This document shows positions 58,173 to 64,000 of a stretch of 64,000 nucleotides of DNA, piece by piece. The notes below the pieces were generated by a model that saw only the letters and a program-made list of their open reading frames with translations, had not been told where the DNA came from and did not search any database. Position numbers and translations under genes: made by a program. Positions within the stretch are counted from its first letter, which is position 1; every line of letters starts with the position of its first letter. Source of the DNA: Candidatus Liptonbacteria bacterium (GTDB taxonomy: Bacteria > Patescibacteriota > Minisyncoccia > UBA6257 > JACOXY01); assembly GCA_016182095.1 (NCBI GenBank), contig JACOXY010000011.1:67794-131793 (forward strand), read 5' to 3'.

Positions 58173-58328
58173 ATAATTACTAATGGGGCAGGGCATATAT
58201 ATTTCCCCGTAGCAAGCTTCGCTTTGCTTAGGGGCTACCACTATACTACAGCCAGAAACACACTTAAATTACCATAAAAACAGGCACTAAACAATCATCA
58301 TCATTAAAATACTGCCGGTAAGGCAGTA

Positions 58329-59183
58329 TTACAAAATGCTTTTCAGAAAAAGCGGGTGGTCCACTTGGATAAAGTCAATTCCGGCGGTAAGTAAAAACTT
58401 AAGAGGGATATACTGCCAGGGCGGCGGGATCACCAGAGAATCCACAAAAAATTTAACTCCGCGCTCATGCAAAAACGCAACATCGCGGTGAAGCGCGAGC
58501 GGGAAGCGAATGCTTATAATTTCCGGGTATCGCTGAAACATAGATTTAACAAGCCGAACATCGCTCCACTTCTTGATGCCCACCATCACAATCAGATCGG
58601 GATATTCTGTTTTCATGCGCGCCACTGATTTTAATTCTGCTCTGTTGTTGACATAAAAAATTACATCATTAAACGAACCAAAAATACTTATCCAGTGCGC
58701 CAAATATTCTACGGCATCACTCTTAAAATCAACCACCAGTACGGCCCTACCTTGTGTTTCGCGATATATATCAAAAAATGAAGGCAAAAGCTCCCGACTA
58801 TTTTTTAGGCGCACTCGCATAGTTTCTCCTGGGGCGAGGTCCTTTAAATTGCCGCTGTGATCGGTTGTGCGATCTAAGGAGTGATCATGGAGGCAGTAGA
58901 GAATATAGTCGCTACCATACCGAACATCAACTTCTATCACCGGAATACCGGCCCGTATCGCTTGACGCGCCGCTTCGGCTGAATTTTCCGGAACACCAAA
59001 CCCGTTGCCGCGATGCGCAACCACAAACGTTTGCCGGCATTCAGCATCACGGATACACCCGGCTATTTCTTTCGCAGTCGCCATGTTTTTTTGGTTAGAG
59101 CGAGGAAAGTAAAAAGAGCAGGCGGGGAAAAAGCATAGCAAAAAAAGCATGGCGGCGGCGCGGGGCATTATCACGCAGACCAT
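58329..59183 (-). CDS. glycerophosphodiester phosphodiesterase, secreted
   Basis: VVAHRGNGFGVPENS...IEVDVRY...LHDHSLDRTT. Confidence 0.65.
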   Translation of the reverse strand: MVCVIMPRAAAMLFLLCFFPACSFYFPRSNQKNMATAKEIAGCIRDAECRQTFVVAHRGNGFGVPENSAEAARQAIRAGIPVIEVDVRYGSDYILYCLHDHSLDRTTDHSGNLKDLAPGETMRVRLKNSRELLPSFFDIYRETQGRAVLVVDFKSDAVEYLAHWISIFGSFNDVIFYVNNRAELKSVARMKTEYPDLIVMVGIKKWSDVRLVKSMFQRYPEIISIRFPLALHRDVAFLHERGVKFFVDSLVIPPPWQYIPLKFLLTAGIDFIQVDHPLFLKSIL

Positions 59184-59400
59184 CCTTCATTTCAATGAAA
59201 GGCTAATATTAGTATATCGTGACGCCAAAACAGCCGCAATCTTAACCCAAAGCCAAGATTTGCCGGGTAGCAGAAGTTCGATTGGCTTTGTTTTGGGCCA
59301 TTAGCGCTGCTTATCGAACTTTCATTGCCCGGTTTGCTTTTGCATTTTAATCAAGATAGAGTGAAAGCAGTATAGTTCACATAAAGCAAGAGGGAGTCAC

Positions 59401-60825
59401 GTGAGACAAGAGTATAACTTGAAAACAAGCGGGATTTGGCTTGCAACGACGGTTCTTGTTATGCTGTTTTGCAATGTGGCGGAATCGGCTCCTACTATAT
59501 CAGAATACTTTTTACAAACGGGAAAAGTTGAGAATTTTGATTCAAAGACTATAGAGCCAGTTATTACAATTCACGGCAGCCGAATCATTGGATCGTATGT
59601 TTGGGGAATACGTGGCAAGACAATTCAAAATAAGAACGGGGTGGATAACGAGAAATCCCTGCCCAGCGTGAAGCCACAGAGCCCCAATACAAGAAAAGCT
59701 ACTCCAACAAGCATCTATGAAGATGCTGTGGAAAAACTATGGCCAACAACCATCTTGGGGGTCGCGAACGAGAAAAAGAATGAGTGGATCTTATATGATC
59801 CCAATTTCCGTTATTTTGAGCAGACCGCAATAATCAACAACTTCTGGCTTGAATTCGAGCCGCTCCCCTATTCAAGATATAGCCCGCGCACCGAAGAGGT
59901 GATGTCAGAATTAGTAAAGGATGCCTTCACCGAACCCCTTAAGTTCGCGCTCCAGAACCAATCGCGCCAATTGGAAGCGCGAAATCTCTTCAGAAAATGG
60001 GGAAAGGGAATGTCGTCATTCCGGCTCGATATGCCATCGTCCACCAATGAGTTCACCTTTGAAACGCCCTCGTACCAGCGCAACCTTGACCCATTTGAAG
60101 AAGCAAAGAGCGAGGCAAGATTTGAATGTAGCAACTTGAAGGGAGACGCGGCGGTTATTTTCGACAGAAAATTGCGGTGCTCGGAGCGGCAAAATGAGAT
60201 TGCTATTTTGGAGTCCCAAATTTACACGTTGCGCGCAAGACCTGAATTGGACGGCAATATCTACACCGCAAGCAGCGGACTCACTCTTGTCATGTGGCCC
60301 AATGTCAATTTCAAATATCGCGCGTATGAGATAGAGCTTTCGTATTTCTACCCTTATACGCTCACTGGCGGCGGATCACAGCCGGCAAAGTTTTTGCCTG
60401 ATATCAGAGATAAAATTTTTAACGAAAGGGACGTAGCGGAGAGAATTCAGCTTGATATACAGAAAACTTTTACGGAACATTTTGTATTGGCTGGAAATTA
60501 CAGGTACGAGAGCATTGCGGGGCAAAGTACCGTTGGTATCGGACCAAAATTATTTCTCTTCCCATATCTTGCCGCTGTAAGCGGCGATCTGAACGTCAAT
60601 ACAATGAAGCCATTTGTCACGGCCGACATGGGGCGCGTTGTGGGAGCGTCATATATTTTGGGGGTACGGGGAACTGCATTGGAAAATAATAAAAAAGATA
60701 AATGGGAAGGGCAGGCATTCTTCACCATAAGTAAGGTGTGGGGGGCCTATCCGCCAGAAACAAGTTTCTTTAAAGATATAGGATTAGAAAATATAAAAAG
60801 AAAATTATCACATTTCTTGTGGTAA
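59401..60825 (+). CDS. hypothetical secreted protein
   Basis: N-terminal signal peptide. Confidence 0.35.
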   Translation: MRQEYNLKTSGIWLATTVLVMLFCNVAESAPTISEYFLQTGKVENFDSKTIEPVITIHGSRIIGSYVWGIRGKTIQNKNGVDNEKSLPSVKPQSPNTRKATPTSIYEDAVEKLWPTTILGVANEKKNEWILYDPNFRYFEQTAIINNFWLEFEPLPYSRYSPRTEEVMSELVKDAFTEPLKFALQNQSRQLEARNLFRKWGKGMSSFRLDMPSSTNEFTFETPSYQRNLDPFEEAKSEARFECSNLKGDAAVIFDRKLRCSERQNEIAILESQIYTLRARPELDGNIYTASSGLTLVMWPNVNFKYRAYEIELSYFYPYTLTGGGSQPAKFLPDIRDKIFNERDVAERIQLDIQKTFTEHFVLAGNYRYESIAGQSTVGIGPKLFLFPYLAAVSGDLNVNTMKPFVTADMGRVVGASYILGVRGTALENNKKDKWEGQAFFTISKVWGAYPPETSFFKDIGLENIKRKLSHFLW

Positions 60826-60899
60826 AAAATATCCCCGCCGCATCTTCATGGATGTTCGCGGGGATTTTGTTTGTTTAAAATCTCTTGGAGATGGCTCCT

Positions 60900-62006
60900 T
60901 TATTTTAGGGTTCTTTCAAAATGCCGAACAATCAAAAAATCAAGAGTGGATGGCATTCCCGGCAAAAGAAAGGGTCCCCAGAACTCAAATAACGGAATAG
61001 GAACAAAAAGGGCGAGGCCCGCGCTATAATGGCCATCAAGCCAAAACGAGTAATCGCGGAGCCAAAAAATCGGAATTTTAATAACAGCGAGTTTCCATGT
61101 GGGCCGATTGGCAGCTTCCCAAAGCTTCTTTGTGAATCTATGAGGAATAACACTATCAAGAATATTGCTCACCAAAAGCGCCGATTCGGGATTGATGTTT
61201 TTCGCTACGCTAAGCGGATCAATATGCTTTAGCTCGGCTCTTAGAATTTTAAGGGCCTCGTCTTCGGCAATGCCAAACTTTTTAAAAATTTCCTCACGAA
61301 TTCTTTCAATCCCCGACTCCGCGGAGCTCATTAAAATGCCCGCTAAATCGCCGCCAGTCGTAATGCCCACGGTGCTCTGAAAAATTTCCGGATGCGCGCC
61401 GCTTAAATAATAAGCCGATATTCCGCCCAGACTAACTCCCGAAATTCCTATTCTAGAGTAAGAGTTTGCTTCTTTTAATTTCGTGATTATGTTCAAATAA
61501 TCATTGTAGCGAGTTTCAAAGGTATCAGCGACAACTTTCGCGAACCCCTCAAATTCCGTTTTTGTAAAGCGCTCTTTCCGATCAAGCAGCGTTAAATCAA
61601 AAATTGTAAATTTCGCCAGAAATCTAACAACGTCAAACCCCCTTTCCGCCAAAGTTCTAGCAGGCCAATCCGTAGAAATACTCTCTCCCTTGCCGGGAAG
61701 AAGTACGGCTAATTTGGCGTTATTCTTCTTTGATTTAAAAAATTCTCCAAAAATAATGTCGTTCCTGTTTATGCCGGTTATCTTTTCTGACTTATAAACA
61801 AAAAGGAGGTCTTCTCGCTCTGTGCTCTCTCCCATAACGGCTAATGCGATTTCTCCCGGTAAAAGTTCCGGAATTTTTGCCATTAAATATCTTTTGGCGA
61901 CTTCGGATCCTTGGCCGGGCAAGCTTTTGCCGGAAATCAACCCCGAACATCCAGCCGAAAAAACACAGGCAATAATAAAAGCAGATTTTCTCACATTGCC
62001 CACCAC
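60900..62006 (-). CDS. alpha/beta-hydrolase (esterase/lipase) lipoprotein
   Basis: Lipobox FSAGC; GISGVSLGG nucleophile elbow. Confidence 0.55.
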   Translation of the reverse strand: MVGNVRKSAFIIACVFSAGCSGLISGKSLPGQGSEVAKRYLMAKIPELLPGEIALAVMGESTEREDLLFVYKSEKITGINRNDIIFGEFFKSKKNNAKLAVLLPGKGESISTDWPARTLAERGFDVVRFLAKFTIFDLTLLDRKERFTKTEFEGFAKVVADTFETRYNDYLNIITKLKEANSYSRIGISGVSLGGISAYYLSGAHPEIFQSTVGITTGGDLAGILMSSAESGIERIREEIFKKFGIAEDEALKILRAELKHIDPLSVAKNINPESALLVSNILDSVIPHRFTKKLWEAANRPTWKLAVIKIPIFWLRDYSFWLDGHYSAGLALFVPIPLFEFWGPFLLPGMPSTLDFLIVRHFERTLK

Positions 62007-62167
62007 TTTAATTATGACAAGTATCCATTATCAGTATATCAGGTAATGGCGGCACGACTAGCCATTTTTCTTTTTGATTAAAATTTTTTAAACATCATTT
62101 AAATTCATTTGGCAATTAGCATTTCCCGTGATAGTCTGAGAAAAGCAATAACAAAAGAGGCAAAAAG

Positions 62168-63979
62168 GTGAAAAAGAAAAATCTGCTATGGAGTATTTTT
62201 GTTTGGATTTTGGTAGCACTCGGCATACTCGTGATTTTCAGAGGCATGGATCATAAAGCTAGGTCAACGGAAGTCAGCCAAAACGTACTTTTCAAACAAG
62301 CTGAAGCCAAAAAAATAGAAAGGCTGGCTTTAATTGAACCGAATATTGTTGAATTTTCAGATGGATTCTATACATATCGCACTAGAGTTATAGTCCAAGA
62401 TCCTCGTTTTTTAGAATTGATTGATGAATTAAGAAAGAGCGGAAGCGCTGTGAATATTATCCCGGAACCGGTAAGTTGGCTTTTGGTAATATTTAGCTGG
62501 GGACCCACGCTTTTATTTCTCGGGGTGTTGATTTATTTCATGCGACGCTCATCGTCCCTTGGTAGAGGTGCTGGAGGATATATCGGATTCGGAAAATCAA
62601 AAGCCAAGCTTTTTTCTCCCAACGACCAAAAAATAACATTTGCCGATGTGGCGGGGGTAGATGAAGCCAAAGAAGAGCTTCAGGAAATCATTGACTTTTT
62701 AAAGGATCCACAAAAGTTCACGCGGCTTGGCGGGAAAATGCCCAAAGGCGTGCTTCTCATTGGCCCTCCAGGAACAGGGAAAACCCTTCTTGCCCGCGCG
62801 GTTGCCGGAGAAGCAGGCGTTCCATTTTCCTCAATCTCTGGATCGGACTTTGTAGAGATGTTTGTGGGCGTTGGAGCGTCAAGAGTGCGAGATCTATTTA
62901 TTGAGAGCAAAAAAAATCCTCCTTGTATTATATTTATTGACGAACTTGATGCTGTTGGAGGTCACAGGGGAGTTAATACACATGATGAAAAGGAACAAAC
63001 ATTAAATCAGCTGCTTGTTGAAATGGACGGTTTTGATGGGACCCAGGGCGTTATCGTGATAGCCGCGACTAACAGGCCCGACACCCTTGATCCAGCCATT
63101 CTTAGGCCGGGAAGATTTGATAGGCAGGTGATCGTTCCCAAACCGGACATAAAAGGACGAGAGGCGATAATTAGGGTTCATACCAAAAAAGTGCCTCTCA
63201 CACCCGACATTGACTTTCATGTATTGGCTCAAAAAACTCCGGGTTTCGCCGGCGCTGATTTGGGAAATATGGTAAATGAAGCCACTATTTTGGCGGCAAA
63301 AAATGGTAAACACGCAGTAGATGAATCTGATTTTGATCGCGCCATTGACAAAGTAACAATGGGGAAGGAAAGAAAGAATAAAGATTTCATGTCTCCGGAA
63401 GAGAAAAAAAATACCGCCTACCATGAAGCGGGGCATGCGCTGGTGGCAATTTTAACAGAAGGAGCTGAAATAGTTGATAAGGTAACAATTATCCCGCGCG
63501 GCATGGCGCTCGGCTTAACCCACCAAATCGGTGAAGACAAATTAAGCTATAGCGAATCATACGCCAAGGGGAAATTGAGAATTATAATGGGCGGACAAGC
63601 TGCGGAGATCGTAAAATTTGGAGAGAGGACAAGTGGGGCCGGAAACGATATAAGCATCGCAACCGACCTGGCGCAAAAAATGATTCGCGAATGGGGCATG
63701 TCGGAAGTTCTTGGCCCTCAAAACATTGCCTCTTCAGGAAAGCTTTCCATGAAAGAGAGATTTTTATCAGGCGGCGAAAATAAAAGCGCCGGGACTAACC
63801 TTGAAAACTTGGCTGATTCCGAAGTAAATCAACTCCTAAGACAGAGTTTGGAAGATGCCAAGGAGCTCATCCAAACTAACTTTGCTATTCTCACAGAAAT
63901 GGCCCAAGAACTCCTAGTAAAAGAAACGCTCGTTAGAAAAGAACTTGAGAGATATTATGAATTGGTAAAATCCAAGTAA
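62168..63979 (+). CDS. ftsH: ATP-dependent zinc metalloprotease FtsH
   Basis: 2 TM helices; GPPGTGKT Walker A; HEAGHA zinc motif. Confidence 0.9.
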   Translation: MKKKNLLWSIFVWILVALGILVIFRGMDHKARSTEVSQNVLFKQAEAKKIERLALIEPNIVEFSDGFYTYRTRVIVQDPRFLELIDELRKSGSAVNIIPEPVSWLLVIFSWGPTLLFLGVLIYFMRRSSSLGRGAGGYIGFGKSKAKLFSPNDQKITFADVAGVDEAKEELQEIIDFLKDPQKFTRLGGKMPKGVLLIGPPGTGKTLLARAVAGEAGVPFSSISGSDFVEMFVGVGASRVRDLFIESKKNPPCIIFIDELDAVGGHRGVNTHDEKEQTLNQLLVEMDGFDGTQGVIVIAATNRPDTLDPAILRPGRFDRQVIVPKPDIKGREAIIRVHTKKVPLTPDIDFHVLAQKTPGFAGADLGNMVNEATILAAKNGKHAVDESDFDRAIDKVTMGKERKNKDFMSPEEKKNTAYHEAGHALVAILTEGAEIVDKVTIIPRGMALGLTHQIGEDKLSYSESYAKGKLRIIMGGQAAEIVKFGERTSGAGNDISIATDLAQKMIREWGMSEVLGPQNIASSGKLSMKERFLSGGENKSAGTNLENLADSEVNQLLRQSLEDAKELIQTNFAILTEMAQELLVKETLVRKELERYYELVKSK

Positions 63980-64000
63980 ATAAATGGCTCCGAATATCGG

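Overview
This is a low-GC bacterial chromosome window with CPR/Patescibacteria-like gene content. Positions 1-24.5 kb form a cell-envelope glycan locus: carbamoyltransferase with SxtJ/SxtK-like small membrane proteins, an SGNH hydrolase, a CotH+VTC+DUF4956 trio, a metallophosphoesterase, three SAM methyltransferases, GT4 glycosyltransferases including a tandem-GT4 fusion, Wzy-, Wzz- and GtrA-like proteins, a GT-C glycosyltransferase, AsnB, and two O-antigen-ligase-like paralogs. A 1139-aa surface protein with a peptidoglycan-binding domain follows. The rest is housekeeping and nucleotide metabolism: ClpB, IscS-like cysteine desulfurase, a five-gene tRNA cluster, HAD and NT5C-like phosphatases, dCMP deaminase, FtsK, RodZ-like protein, RecA, a RelE/ParE toxin-antitoxin pair, FolD, GlyA, YvcK, a NUDIX pseudogene, a MazG-like protein, tRNA-His, IscA, DgkA, tRNA-Phe, a mobile-element graveyard with tRNA-Pro and tRNA-Arg, GDPD, an alpha/beta-hydrolase lipoprotein, and FtsH. 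Unusual features: (i) a family of roughly 72-78 nt G-rich elements inserted in-frame into iscS (twice) and folD; (ii) in-frame heptanucleotide tandem repeats in asnB and an O-antigen-ligase-like gene; (iii) a toxin-antitoxin cassette sitting between two 50-bp direct repeats that duplicate the folD 3' end; (iv) several inverted-repeat-bounded elements, including a GxxExxY gene flanked by 40-bp inverted repeats and GC-rich elements with 75-100 bp terminal inverted repeats next to a truncated serine recombinase; (v) anomalous tRNAs and tRNA fragments. No CRISPR array and no rRNA were found.
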